64,000 nucleotides of DNA from an uncultured Klebsiella sp. (GTDB lineage: Bacteria > Pseudomonadota > Gammaproteobacteria > Ga0077536): positions 28,542-92,541 of the forward strand of contig CAZKRY010000016.1 in the NCBI GenBank assembly GCA_964555355.1, written 5' to 3'. The translations under genes and the position numbers were made by a program. Positions within the stretch are counted from its first letter, which is position 1, and the number at the start of each line of letters is the position of its first letter. Below the pieces are notes generated by a model that had not been told where the DNA came from, ran no database searches, and saw only the letters and a list, made by a program, of their open reading frames with translations. Shown piece by piece: positions 50,110 through 60,138 of this stretch.

Positions 50110-51449
50110 GACGAGGCGTGTACCGCGGCAATTTGAGTACGCAAAACTTCGCGCAAGGTATGAACTAGGAATTCGATCTCATCATCGTCAATGACGAGGG
50201 GCGGCATCAACGTCAGAACATTACGACCAGGTCCCGTCTTGCCGACCAAAACGCCGTGGTCTTTCAAGTCTTCGAGCACCGCATCCGTTAAGGTGCCATG
50301 AGGTGCGCCGTCACGATCAGTCAATTCCATGCCAAGCATCAAGCCCAAGCCACGTACCTCCTTAATACAGTCAAACTCGGCGGCAATGCCATTTAAGCCG
50401 GCGCGCAGCCGCGCCCCTTGCCGTGCCGCACGCGCTTCCAATTGCTGCTCGCGCATGAAATCGAGCGTCGCCAACGCCGAGCTTGCGCAAACCAAGTTGC
50501 CACCGAAGGTCGAGGCCCCGGGTTTGGTGTAATGCGCCGCGACTTCGGGCGTCGCGACCATCGCCGCGATCGGCAAGCCGTTACCGAGCGCCTTGCAAAC
50601 GGTCACGATGTCCGGCTCGATATCCCAGTGTTGATGTCCAAAGCGTCGCCCGGTGCGGCAAAAGCCGGTCTGCGCCTCGTCCATGATGAACAACACACCG
50701 TGACGTTTGAGGATCGCTTGGACCCGCTCAAAGTAGCCCGGCGGAGGCACGACGATACCGCCATTGCCGTGAATGGGCTCGGCGACGAACGCCGCGATCT
50801 CACCTGGCCGCGACTGAAGAATATCGTCAATCGCATCAGCGCATTTAATCCCACATTGTGGAAACGTTAATTTCAGCGGACAGTCGCTGCACACCGGACT
50901 AGGCGCGAAATGAACATTGTCCGGCGGCGCGGGATCGGCACGCCAAAACGTCATTCCGGTAAGCCCGCTGGTCAGATAGGTACGGCCATGCAGCGAGCGA
51001 CTTAACGCAATAAAGCTATTGCGACCGGTCGCCAGCTTTGCAAGCAACAACGCGGTTTCGTTCGCCTCTGAACCGCTGGTACAAAAGAAGCTCTGACGCA
51101 GCCCGCCGCCGATAAAATCGGCGAGCGAAGCCGCCAATCGCAGCATGGGCTCGGTAAGGTAAATCGTCGTGGTATGCACCAATTGCTTGAGCTGTGCGAT
51201 CGTGCGCGCGACGATACTCGGCTCGCTGTGCCCGCAGTTCGTGACACCGACCCCGGCGTAGCAATCGAGATACGCCTTGCCGTCGCTATCGAAAAGTTGC
51301 GACGCCTCACCGCGCACCAGCACCATCGGTTTACGGAAAAAATGAAACACGCAAGGCACGAGAAATTCGCGCTTCAGCGCCAATAATTGCGCAACGGTTG
51401 AAGTCTCGGCGGAGCTTTTTTCAGTCATATCAATAAATCCCATGGTCAA
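50106..51449 (-). CDS. class-III (PLP-dependent) aminotransferase
   Basis: 447-aa ORF with class-III AT blocks (TSGSEANETAL, DEAQTGFCRTG, PLP-lysine context VTVCKALGNG). Confidence 0.85.
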   Translation of the reverse strand: MTMGFIDMTEKSSAETSTVAQLLALKREFLVPCVFHFFRKPMVLVRGEASQLFDSDGKAYLDCYAGVGVTNCGHSEPSIVARTIAQLKQLVHTTTIYLTEPMLRLAASLADFIGGGLRQSFFCTSGSEANETALLLAKLATGRNSFIALSRSLHGRTYLTSGLTGMTFWRADPAPPDNVHFAPSPVCSDCPLKLTFPQCGIKCADAIDDILQSRPGEIAAFVAEPIHGNGGIVVPPPGYFERVQAILKRHGVLFIMDEAQTGFCRTGRRFGHQHWDIEPDIVTVCKALGNGLPIAAMVATPEVAAHYTKPGASTFGGNLVCASSALATLDFMREQQLEARAARQGARLRAGLNGIAAEFDCIKEVRGLGLMLGMELTDRDGAPHGTLTDAVLEDLKDHGVLVGKTGPGRNVLTLMPPLVIDDDEIEFLVHTLREVLRTQIAAVHASS

Positions 51450-52476
51450 TCTTCAGGTTTGAGTTCGCCAGCGGTTGCGGCTCCCCGAGTCCATCTTGGC
51501 TCGCGGAGTCCGCCAGTCGCACGGCGGAATCGCGCTCGAGCACGCAGGGAAGAAAGCCGCTCGGATCGAGGCGATGCATCATGAGTTGGCCGCGCGTGCC
51601 AAGCGGTGCGCGCGTATTAACACGTTCCGCCGGTGGCCTATCGGTCAGTTCCACCACGCGCACGATGAGGCGCGGGCTTTGTGCGTAATAAGACGGCGTA
51701 TTACTTAAGAGTCGGCTCGGCGCGCGTTCATGGCAAACGCCAAACAGCGTATTACCGTAACCAGCCAAAAAGAGCGCGTGCGGGAATGCCCTGCGTAAGG
51801 CCTTGGCAACTTCCGCGCTAACCGGCATTCCACCTAAATAGAGAAGTTTCACGCACAGCCGCCGGGATTGGCTGAGCCGCGTGGCGAGTTCTTGCAATAC
51901 CACCGGCGTGCCGAATAGGTAACGGACATCTTGTAGCTCGGCGATCCGCAGCGCGTGTTCGAGCACATGATCGAGATAGCGCATCCGCGCGAGCGAGCCC
52001 GGCATCAGGCGCCGATACCAGCGCGGATCGAAATCGACGCTGAAGGCATCCGCGCCGGTGGTGAGCGCGGCGATCCGTTGCGCGGCTTTACCGATGATGT
52101 GCGGCCCGCCCGGACCTAGCCACAGCCAGTACCCGCCATCGAAAATCGCCAGCTTGCCCAACGTATCAAGAAATGGCTCGATGAAAGCCGACTCGAAGTC
52201 CCGTTGGGTATAGGCGGTGGTGGCCGGTGTGCCGGTGGTGCCGCCACTTTCGGCCATAACCAAGTGTTGTTCGCCTAGCAGCGAGCGCGGCACGAAGTCA
52301 GTTACCGGATAGCGCGCGAGATCGCCCAAATCGAACGGCCCCAAGCGCCCGAGATCGTCGATGGACTGAATTTCCGCACGTACTGACCAGCCGAGCGCGC
52401 GCTCACGGAGTAGCCAGTATGGCGAACCTCCGCTTGGATCGAAGTGCAAAGCGAGAATTTCACGCAACCGATTCAT
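51430..52476 (-). CDS. PaaK/coenzyme-F390-synthetase-like adenylate-forming enzyme
   Basis: SGGTTGTP adenylation P-loop-like motif in the ~340-aa ORF. Start trimmed to the ATG at 52476, giving an ATGA overlap with the MMPL gene stop. Confidence 0.55.
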   Translation of the reverse strand: MNRLREILALHFDPSGGSPYWLLRERALGWSVRAEIQSIDDLGRLGPFDLGDLARYPVTDFVPRSLLGEQHLVMAESGGTTGTPATTAYTQRDFESAFIEPFLDTLGKLAIFDGGYWLWLGPGGPHIIGKAAQRIAALTTGADAFSVDFDPRWYRRLMPGSLARMRYLDHVLEHALRIAELQDVRYLFGTPVVLQELATRLSQSRRLCVKLLYLGGMPVSAEVAKALRRAFPHALFLAGYGNTLFGVCHERAPSRLLSNTPSYYAQSPRLIVRVVELTDRPPAERVNTRAPLGTRGQLMMHRLDPSGFLPCVLERDSAVRLADSASQDGLGEPQPLANSNLKIDHGIY

Positions 52477-54527
52477 CGCCGCCGCTCGCCGAGTTCGATG
52501 AGTGTCGGCACGACGCACAGGTCGCACACCCACGCGGTCGTCACCGCCACCACCGACAACAGTCCAAATTGCCGAATCGGAATCAATCGCGTGAAGGCCA
52601 GCGTGGCAAACGCGCCACCAATGCATAGCGTCGTTAGCGAAAGCGCGCCACCCACTTCCATCAACGCGCGCTCAATATTGCCGCTCACGCGATACGCATG
52701 CAGTAAATAGATGGCGTCGTCGACCACCAACCCTAAAATCACGCTGCCGACGAACAAGTTAATGCTGTTGATGGCGATATCCGCCATCGCCATTACCCCT
52801 AAGGTCACCAGTAACGGACTAAAGATCGTCAGCGCCGCTAGGGTGAGGAGTTTCGCGCTGCGAAAAAACGGGATGAGCAGGATACAGATAAGGGCGAGCC
52901 CGGCGAGTAACGTCGTGCCCTGACTGGCGAGCAGTCGATCTTGCGCGCTCAGAATGAGCGGAATGATACCGGTGACGCGCATGGCAAGCTCGGCGCGCGG
53001 CGCCGCCATCCAAGCCGCGCCGATGGCCTGCGAGATTTCGCGAAAAGGGCGCGAATCGACATTTCGAAAGCGTAGCGACAACCTTGCGTGCCGGTGATCG
53101 GGCGTGAAAAAGGCCGCACCGAGCGCGTCCGGAAGCATTGCGATGTCGAAGCCCGATACCACTGCGGTGAGCTCCGGGATCGTGCGCAGTGCGCGCAGGA
53201 ATTCCTGCACCGAGCCAAGATGCGGCGCGCGGTCGAGCGGCGCGCCGTCGGTTGACGATATCATCACGTCAACCACCAGCAAGCCGGTAAAGCGCGATTC
53301 GATTGCGCGATAGTCCCGCACAAGTTGGGAATCGGCGGCAAAAAAATGCAAGGCATCGGGTTCAAGGCGCAGCGCCGGCAACTGCCAAGCACTAATCCCC
53401 ATTAACGCCAATAAAACGATACTCAAGATTCGCCTGGTGGTACGCCCCGGGGTCCACCCAACTCGACGTGGCACCAAAACTTGCGCGTTGCTCACGGACC
53501 ATAGCGCCGGCACCAACAACATCGAACAAAGAAAGGTGAAGATGACCGACGCGGCGATCACGGCGCCCATTCGCATGACGATTTCTTGCGGTGCCCGGGT
53601 AAACGCCAAACAACTCACGGCACTGGTCAATGTCGAGATGACCAACGGCGCCCATACCTGTCGATAGCCTTCACGCAAATCGCGTGGTGTCGCCGCAAAT
53701 CTCGCCATCAAATGGATGCCGGTGGTAAGGCTCATACAAAACACCAGCGGTACCAACAGCAAAGTCAGAAGATTGACCGACAAGCCCCAGGCGCCGACGA
53801 GCGCGAAGGCACAGAGGGTCGCGATGGCGACGCCAAGAGCGATGCTGAGGAGCGCGGCGACGCTGCGCTGGAAGTACCACAGCAAGCCCGCGGAGGTTGC
53901 GGTCAACAACACGACGACGAGTGCAAGATCGGCCGCGATGGCCTCTTTTAGCGTCGCCGAGAATACCGCGGTTCCGGCGAGCATCGGGGCGAAACCCAGC
54001 GACGTTAGACCCTGGCGCAACTCTTCGATGACCGCAGGATGGATTTGCGATTGCGCAGGGTCCAAGAGGATTAACGGGGCGAGCGCATCGACCGGTTTCG
54101 ATATCAACACATTGCGATAGTCGGCGGGCTGCGTGGCCAGGCGCTCGCGTAATGTCGCGATCGCGTCGGCCTCCGGTGGTTGCTCGGCGTCCGCGCCCAA
54201 CAATAACTCGGCCGGTTCAAAAACCTCGAGCACACCCGGCGCGGCGCGCAGGCGTTCGATTAAGGCGTAGTACGCACCCCGTGTTGCAGCTGTGAGCCGG
54301 TCCAATGCAAATGCCGCTTGCACGGTATCCGCGTCGCGAAAATTTGCGCGCAGCGCGAGATAGTCGAGATATGCGGGATCTTCCCGATCGATCCAATCCT
54401 GGTAGGAATGTCCGATTTTGAAGTGACCGGTCGTCAAGGCGAACCCCGCGACCAACGCGAAACTTGCGATGACCCACCACGGCCGCTTGGAAATCAGCGA
54501 CCAGCACCAACTGGCCGAGTTGGTCAT
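52473..54527 (-). CDS. MMPL/HAE3-type RND exporter
   Basis: 684-aa ORF with two TM bundles separated by soluble loops, as in the HAE3/MMPL family. Confidence 0.7.
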   Translation of the reverse strand: MTNSASWCWSLISKRPWWVIASFALVAGFALTTGHFKIGHSYQDWIDREDPAYLDYLALRANFRDADTVQAAFALDRLTAATRGAYYALIERLRAAPGVLEVFEPAELLLGADAEQPPEADAIATLRERLATQPADYRNVLISKPVDALAPLILLDPAQSQIHPAVIEELRQGLTSLGFAPMLAGTAVFSATLKEAIAADLALVVVLLTATSAGLLWYFQRSVAALLSIALGVAIATLCAFALVGAWGLSVNLLTLLLVPLVFCMSLTTGIHLMARFAATPRDLREGYRQVWAPLVISTLTSAVSCLAFTRAPQEIVMRMGAVIAASVIFTFLCSMLLVPALWSVSNAQVLVPRRVGWTPGRTTRRILSIVLLALMGISAWQLPALRLEPDALHFFAADSQLVRDYRAIESRFTGLLVVDVMISSTDGAPLDRAPHLGSVQEFLRALRTIPELTAVVSGFDIAMLPDALGAAFFTPDHRHARLSLRFRNVDSRPFREISQAIGAAWMAAPRAELAMRVTGIIPLILSAQDRLLASQGTTLLAGLALICILLIPFFRSAKLLTLAALTIFSPLLVTLGVMAMADIAINSINLFVGSVILGLVVDDAIYLLHAYRVSGNIERALMEVGGALSLTTLCIGGAFATLAFTRLIPIRQFGLLSVVAVTTAWVCDLCVVPTLIELGERRR

Positions 54528-56065
54528 GCGGTGAGTTCCGCCACGACATGGCGTTCCAGATGTTGGTAGTAATACCCGAGGAGTGCGCCGAATTTAAGCG
54601 CGGTTTCAAGATCGCCTGAGATCTTGACGCGTCCCGCCAAAAACGCCGCGCGCAGATCCGTCGCGCCTTCGATGATTTTCATAAACAGATCGGAATCAAG
54701 TTGATAGCGGCAAGTCGCGGGTTCGCGCGCATCCGACGTCGCCAAGCGCGCCGCGCCATGCGCGATGCACACACGTACCGCACACGCCTGCGCACCGGTT
54801 AGCGTGAAATCGATCTCGGCCGTCACGTAAGAATGCTGCTTGAGAAAATGCCGGCCGATCAATTTCTCGGCCAACGCGTTGAAATAATCGCGCGGATGCT
54901 GGATGGCGTTCGCGCCGAGCGCGAGATTGCCGACCGATGCCCCCTCGCCCGCTAAACGCGCGCGAAAGTCGCTGGCGAGCGAGCCAATCGCGACCTTACG
55001 TGGCGGACGACCGTGCGCCTGGACAAAGCAAGGCGCATGAAAGAGATACGGTGCGTATACCTTGGTCATGCGCCAGAACTGCTGCTCGAGCGGATTGCGG
55101 GGCGCGGCCTCGAATGCCGCCGTTGGCACAAGTTGTACGCCAGTGACGTCAAACGCCGCGGTAATCGCATCGGCCACCGCGTCGAGCGAGTACTCGTAGC
55201 CAACCAGCATGTGCGTAGTGCCATGGACGTCATCGGCTGCTAGTGAGGCGGCGATTCCTTCAACTACGTCCGCGATATCGACCAAATTAAGGGTCCCCGT
55301 CGCGGCGGCCGCCACGCGCAACGGAATATTGAGCGTGGCCGCGACGAACGTCGCGCCGAGCTGCGCGAACGCGCCACGACCGCGCGCGCGATCCCGCTCG
55401 CAGCACCTGCGCAGAAAATGCACGGCTTTCATAAACGTGTAAATCGTGCTGACTTCGTTGCGCTCACCGCACGGGTTGCCGCCGACGACGATACTCGGGC
55501 GGTGCACCACCACTTTCGGCTGTGCGCCGCGTCCTTGCGCATGCAGCCACTGCTCGGCCTCGAACTTGCTGCGTTCATACGGATTACGAAACGCTTGGCC
55601 GCGGGCGAGATCCTGGGCCTCAAAGGGCTGTGGACTATCCCCGGCGACGTAGGCAGTGCTGACCTGATGAAACCGCGGCACACCGAGAGCGCTCGCCAAT
55701 CGATACGCATGGCGGGTGCCAAACAGATTCTGCGTTAACAACTCATCCGCAAGATGCGATTCGAAACGCGTGAGTCCGGCACAGTGCACGAATGCATCGA
55801 CGCGGGATGACCGCAGTTGACGCGCGTCGCGTTCGGTGAGGGCGCATCCGTCCTCGGCGACATTTGCATCGACGACGAATAGGTTATCCAGGGGATTATC
55901 CAGCGACGCATCGCGATTGACCGCGGCGAGCGCAAGCGCGACCCGTTGTCGCGCAGACTTCGTCCCCGAGCGGGTAAGGCAATGCACCGTATGGCCGGCG
56001 CACAATAAATGGGCGAGCAAATGCTTACCAAGATAGCCGGTTGCACCGGTAAGCACGATATTCAT
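54524..56065 (-). CDS. fusion: N-terminal NAD(P)-dependent thioester/fatty-acyl reductase domain, C-terminal SCP2 lipid-binding domain
   Basis: N-terminal extended-SDR motif IVLTGATGYLGKHLL...YxxSK-like. C-terminal SCP2 motif (GRVKISGDLETALKFGALLGYY). Start trimmed to MNIVLTG. Confidence 0.6.
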   Translation of the reverse strand: MNIVLTGATGYLGKHLLAHLLCAGHTVHCLTRSGTKSARQRVALALAAVNRDASLDNPLDNLFVVDANVAEDGCALTERDARQLRSSRVDAFVHCAGLTRFESHLADELLTQNLFGTRHAYRLASALGVPRFHQVSTAYVAGDSPQPFEAQDLARGQAFRNPYERSKFEAEQWLHAQGRGAQPKVVVHRPSIVVGGNPCGERNEVSTIYTFMKAVHFLRRCCERDRARGRGAFAQLGATFVAATLNIPLRVAAAATGTLNLVDIADVVEGIAASLAADDVHGTTHMLVGYEYSLDAVADAITAAFDVTGVQLVPTAAFEAAPRNPLEQQFWRMTKVYAPYLFHAPCFVQAHGRPPRKVAIGSLASDFRARLAGEGASVGNLALGANAIQHPRDYFNALAEKLIGRHFLKQHSYVTAEIDFTLTGAQACAVRVCIAHGAARLATSDAREPATCRYQLDSDLFMKIIEGATDLRAAFLAGRVKISGDLETALKFGALLGYYYQHLERHVVAELTA

Positions 56066-56102
56066 GCGGTCCGCCGTGCCCCCCGTGGGTTGAGCAGCCG
56101 CG

Positions 56103-56975
56103 TCATGCCACCGCGCCCGCGCTCGGCGGGGGATACGCATCGATCAAATCAAGCGCCGGTTGATGCGAAATGAAGCCGTGTTTATGCGCTTTTGCATACA
56201 GCGCGCCTAATCCTAAGCGGACGTCGGCAGGCATCGATAACGTGTCTTCATTCGCGAATTTCGCGACAAAATCTTCGCGGATCGCGCTCATGGGGCCACG
56301 TCCAAAGGTGCTCGCAAAATGCATCGCTTGCACGCGATGGTCGAGTGCCCATGCCATGCTGTCGTACAAAAGCCGCGCGATTTGTTGAAGCCGCACTGCG
56401 CCCAGAGCGCGCTTCGCGACGAGCAGTCCAACCGGCAGCGGTAGCCCACTGTGTTCGAACCAGCGTTGTCCGAGACAGCAGATTTTGCGGAGCGGTTGCT
56501 GTCGATAGTTCAGCAATTCTTCGTGGATCAGGACGCCGGCGGCGACGTCTCTCGCGATAATCGCGTCGGCGACTTGGTCGAAGGGCATCGAGACGGATTC
56601 GAAATCCGTATAGAAGTAATTCAACAGGAAAGCGCCGGTAGTCGTCGCGCCCGGCACGGCGACTCGACAGCCGGCCAGGGTATCGCGCGAGTCGGTGGCG
56701 TGACACGCGAGCACCGGTCCATAACCTCGCCCAACGCTGGTACCGGAGCCCATAATGACGTAGGAGTCTTCAATTTGCGGATAGTAGATGGACGAGATGG
56801 CACACACATCAAAGTCACCGCGGCGACAACTTTCGTTGAGGTTCTTGATGTGATCGTGCGTGAAGGTCGGCATGAACCCTGCAGGTAATGCCAACTGGCC
56901 GGTTTGCAACGCGCAAAAATGAAACGCGTCATCCGGATCGGGGGTATAAGCAAAGCGGATAGGCCGGCTCATCAT
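56103..56975 (-). CDS. MqnA/MqnD-family (PF02621) paralogue, substrate unknown
   Basis: N-terminal IRFAYTPDPDDAFHFCAL mirrors the MqnD SPCPNDTF motif. ~290-aa ORF at the head of the six-gene operon. Confidence 0.55.
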   Translation of the reverse strand: MMSRPIRFAYTPDPDDAFHFCALQTGQLALPAGFMPTFTHDHIKNLNESCRRGDFDVCAISSIYYPQIEDSYVIMGSGTSVGRGYGPVLACHATDSRDTLAGCRVAVPGATTTGAFLLNYFYTDFESVSMPFDQVADAIIARDVAAGVLIHEELLNYRQQPLRKICCLGQRWFEHSGLPLPVGLLVAKRALGAVRLQQIARLLYDSMAWALDHRVQAMHFASTFGRGPMSAIREDFVAKFANEDTLSMPADVRLGLGALYAKAHKHGFISHQPALDLIDAYPPPSAGAVA

Positions 56976-57029
56976 GCTCCTTTATTCACCGGCCTGGGCC
57001 GGTCGGTGATCATCATGAGCGTAATAAGG

Positions 57030-57045
57030 TGCAGGGGACGTGCCA
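57030..57045 (-). promoter_or_regulatory. candidate sigma-54 promoter (cTGGCACG-N4-CTGCA) for the 56975-49351 operon
   Basis: Minus-strand reading tggcacgtcccctgca has a perfect -24 TGGCAC and a -12 CTGCA with correct spacing, ~55 nt upstream of the start. Coordinates are approximate to within 1 nt. Confidence 0.4.
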
Positions 57046-57192
57046 GACATCCCATCCGGACGCAGGCAATTGAATCAATTACTTGGAGCGTAACATCTTG
57101 ATGAGTCCTACCAAATTTGCAGACCTTCCTTGCGCGTCGACGCCGTGTGGCAAGCTGCTTGCCGTGGTTGGATGCGCTCCCCGCGTCGCGTT

Positions 57193-59340
57193 ATGAACAA
57201 GCAACGATTCATTCTGGTCATGGTGGCACTGGCCATCGGCGCGTTCTTCGCGCTCGATCTTGGGCGGTTTCTAACGCTCGACTACCTAAAAGCGCAACAC
57301 GCAAACTTGGAGGTCTTGTATCGCCTACACCCGCTGCAACTCCTGGCTGCGTACTTTGCGGTCTACGTGGCGGTAACCGCTTTGTCTTTACCGGGGGCGG
57401 CGATCATGACGCTCGCTGGGGGAGCCATTTTCGGTTTCTGGACCGGCCTGCTGGTGGTGTCATTCGCTTCGTCACTCGGCGCGACTTTGGCGTTCCTCGC
57501 CGCACGGTATGTGCTGAAGGATGGGGTGCAAGCCCGCTTTGGAACACGCCTCGCGGAAATCAATCGCGGTGTCGAGCGCGACGGCGCGTTCTATTTATTC
57601 ACGCTAAGGCTCGTGCCACTCGTCCCATTTTTTGTCATCAATCTGCTGTTCGGATTGACCACGATGAAAGCGGGTGTGTTCTATGGCGTCAGCCAACTTG
57701 GCATGCTGGCCGGCACTGCGGTGTACGTGAATGCCGGCACGCAGTTGGCGCAGCTCGATTCATTGCGCGGCATCTTGTCGCCGACGTTGCTCGGTTCTTT
57801 TGTTTTGCTCGGTGTTTTCCCGTTGCTCGCGAAGGCGCTCGTCGCGCGCATTGCCGCGCGGCGTGTTTATGCGCCGTGGCGCGCGCACCAGCCCACGCGC
57901 TTCGACCGCAATCTCATCGTCATCGGTGCGGGCTCCGCCGGGTTGGTGGCGAGCTACATCGCAGCCGCCGTCAAAGCCAGGGTCACGCTCGTTGAAGCCC
58001 ACAAAATGGGGGGTGACTGCTTGAACTATGGCTGCGTGCCGAGCAAATCCTTGATCAAGACGGCGAGTGTCTTACATGCCATCCGGCATGCGCGTGAGTA
58101 CGGACTCGACACCGCCGAAGCCTCATTCGATTTCGCGCGCGTCATGCAGCGCGTGGCCGACAAAATTGCCGCGATCGAACCGCATGACTCGATCGCGCGA
58201 TACACGAGCTTGGGCGTCGATTGCGTGCAAGGGTACGCCCGTATCATCAATCCCTGGACGGTGGAGATAACGCAAGGAAACGGCGAAGTTCGCCGACTCA
58301 CCACCCGCGCCATGGTGCTCGCAACCGGCGCGGCCCCGATCGTGCCACCACTCCCGGGCTTAGCAGACGCGGGATGTTTGACGAGCGACACCGTGTGGGA
58401 GTTGCGCGAGTTGCCCCGCCGGTTAGTGGTGTTAGGCGGTGGCCCCATCGGTTGCGAACTCGCCCAGTGTTTCGCCCGTTTGGGCGCGCAGGTCACCCTC
58501 GTGCAACAAGCCGCGCAGCTACTACCGCGCGAGGATGCGGATGCCGCGACTTACGCGCTAAACGCGCTACGCGATGATGGCATTCGTGTTTTATTGAATC
58601 ATCGCGCGTTACGCTGCGAACAACGAGACGGTACCTGGCACCTCATCGCGGATCACGAGGGACGCGAAGTCGGCGTTCCTTTTGACCGGATACTGTGTGC
58701 GGTGGGCCGCGCCGCCCGCTTGACGGGTTATGGATTGGAAACCCTAGGGATCGCGACGAATCGCGTCATCGTCACCAACGAATTTTTGGAAACCACCTTC
58801 CCCAATATTTTGGTGGCGGGCGATGTCGCGGGCCCGTATCAATTCACGCACGTGTCATCGCATCAAGCGTGGTACGCCACCGTCAACGCGCTGTTCGGTA
58901 CTTTCAAAAAATTCAAAGTGGACTACTCCGTCGTTCCGTGGACCACTTTCACGGATCCCGAGATCGCGCGTGTCGGTTTGAACGAACTCGAAGCGCGTGA
59001 TCGCGGCGTGGCCTTCGAAGTTACGCATTACGATCTAGCGGATCTAGACCGCGCAATCGCGGATAGTAGCGCGCGCGGGTTTGTCAAAGTCCTCACCGTG
59101 CCGGGTAAAGATCGCATTTTGGGGGTCACAATCGTTGGCACTCACGCCGGGGACTTACTCGCCGAATTTGTGCTCGCGATGCGCCATGATCTTGGTCTCA
59201 ACAAAATTCTCGGTACCATCCATACGTATCCGACGCTATCGGAGGCGAACAAATATGTGGCAGGTCAATGGCGTCGCGCGCATCAGCCCGAGCGTTTATT
59301 GGGTTGGGTCGAGAAATTTCACACTTGGCGGCGCGGCTAG
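57193..59340 (+). CDS. fusion: DedA/TVP38 membrane domain with FAD-dependent pyridine-nucleotide-disulfide oxidoreductase (class I, CxxxxC)
   Basis: N-terminal ~5 TM helices in DedA-like pattern. C-terminal dinucleotide-binding motif GAGSAGL, redox-active GGDCLNYGCVPSK, a second Rossmann motif (VLGGGPIGCE) and a C-terminal dimerisation region with HAHPT-like TYPTLSE. Confidence 0.75.
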   Translation: MNKQRFILVMVALAIGAFFALDLGRFLTLDYLKAQHANLEVLYRLHPLQLLAAYFAVYVAVTALSLPGAAIMTLAGGAIFGFWTGLLVVSFASSLGATLAFLAARYVLKDGVQARFGTRLAEINRGVERDGAFYLFTLRLVPLVPFFVINLLFGLTTMKAGVFYGVSQLGMLAGTAVYVNAGTQLAQLDSLRGILSPTLLGSFVLLGVFPLLAKALVARIAARRVYAPWRAHQPTRFDRNLIVIGAGSAGLVASYIAAAVKARVTLVEAHKMGGDCLNYGCVPSKSLIKTASVLHAIRHAREYGLDTAEASFDFARVMQRVADKIAAIEPHDSIARYTSLGVDCVQGYARIINPWTVEITQGNGEVRRLTTRAMVLATGAAPIVPPLPGLADAGCLTSDTVWELRELPRRLVVLGGGPIGCELAQCFARLGAQVTLVQQAAQLLPREDADAATYALNALRDDGIRVLLNHRALRCEQRDGTWHLIADHEGREVGVPFDRILCAVGRAARLTGYGLETLGIATNRVIVTNEFLETTFPNILVAGDVAGPYQFTHVSSHQAWYATVNALFGTFKKFKVDYSVVPWTTFTDPEIARVGLNELEARDRGVAFEVTHYDLADLDRAIADSSARGFVKVLTVPGKDRILGVTIVGTHAGDLLAEFVLAMRHDLGLNKILGTIHTYPTLSEANKYVAGQWRRAHQPERLLGWVEKFHTWRRG

Positions 59341-59357
59341 CGCCGCGCCGAGCGTCG

Positions 59358-60038
59358 CTATTCGACAAGAAGTGTATTCACCGGCATGGCGCTATCGCGA
59401 ATCGCACAATGCCGTACGGCGAAGCGGATCACCCCGGCATCGGTTTTCACCCCGAGTTTGACGCGTAACGCCGCGTTGTATCCCACCACGGTCTTGTAAG
59501 TTAACGCGAGTTGCGCGGCGATCTCGGCAAGCGTTAACCCCTGCGCGAGGCCCGTCAGTATTTCCCATTCGCGTGGAGTCAAATTAGCGAGCGGCGCCGC
59601 GCCGCGCAGCACTTTGTAGGCCGCGAGTCGCGTCGCGCTTCGTGGATCTAAGTATTCCCTGCCGGCTTGTAGCTGCTTGACGCCGGTTACCAAGTATTCG
59701 GATGCGCAGGACTTCGACACGAAACCCATGGCGCCGGCGAGAATGGCGCGTTCGATAAATACGGCATCGTCGAACATACTGCACGCGAGCAGACGGCAAC
59801 TTGGATCGCGCGCACGCAGTTGCGCGAGCGTCTCAAGCCCACTCAACCCCGGCAACTTCAAATCGACAATCACGACATCCGCCACGCCGGCAACATACTC
59901 GGCGAGTGCCGCCTCACCGGTCGCGGCTTCCGTGATCACTTTGATGCCCGCGGTTTCCAGCAGCGCACGATAACCAATCCGCACGATTGCATGATCGTCG
60001 ATCAACATGACCGAGCGCGCGACGGGTTCCAAGCGCAT
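59358..60038 (-). CDS. LuxR/NarL-family two-component response regulator
   Basis: REC domain (LIDDH...D...K) plus a C-terminal LuxR HTH (LTPREWEILTGLAQGLTLAEIAAQLALTYKTV). The start was chosen at MRLEP. Confidence 0.75.
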   Translation of the reverse strand: MRLEPVARSVMLIDDHAIVRIGYRALLETAGIKVITEAATGEAALAEYVAGVADVVIVDLKLPGLSGLETLAQLRARDPSCRLLACSMFDDAVFIERAILAGAMGFVSKSCASEYLVTGVKQLQAGREYLDPRSATRLAAYKVLRGAAPLANLTPREWEILTGLAQGLTLAEIAAQLALTYKTVVGYNAALRVKLGVKTDAGVIRFAVRHCAIRDSAMPVNTLLVE

Positions 60039-60138
60039 GACGCGCGCGGAATTCGACTTGGAACGGGCGTAGGGGCCATTCGCCCCGGTGGCTTGTTGAA
60101 TTGAATGCGCAGCGACTTGCATGGTCCCGGATAGTCCT

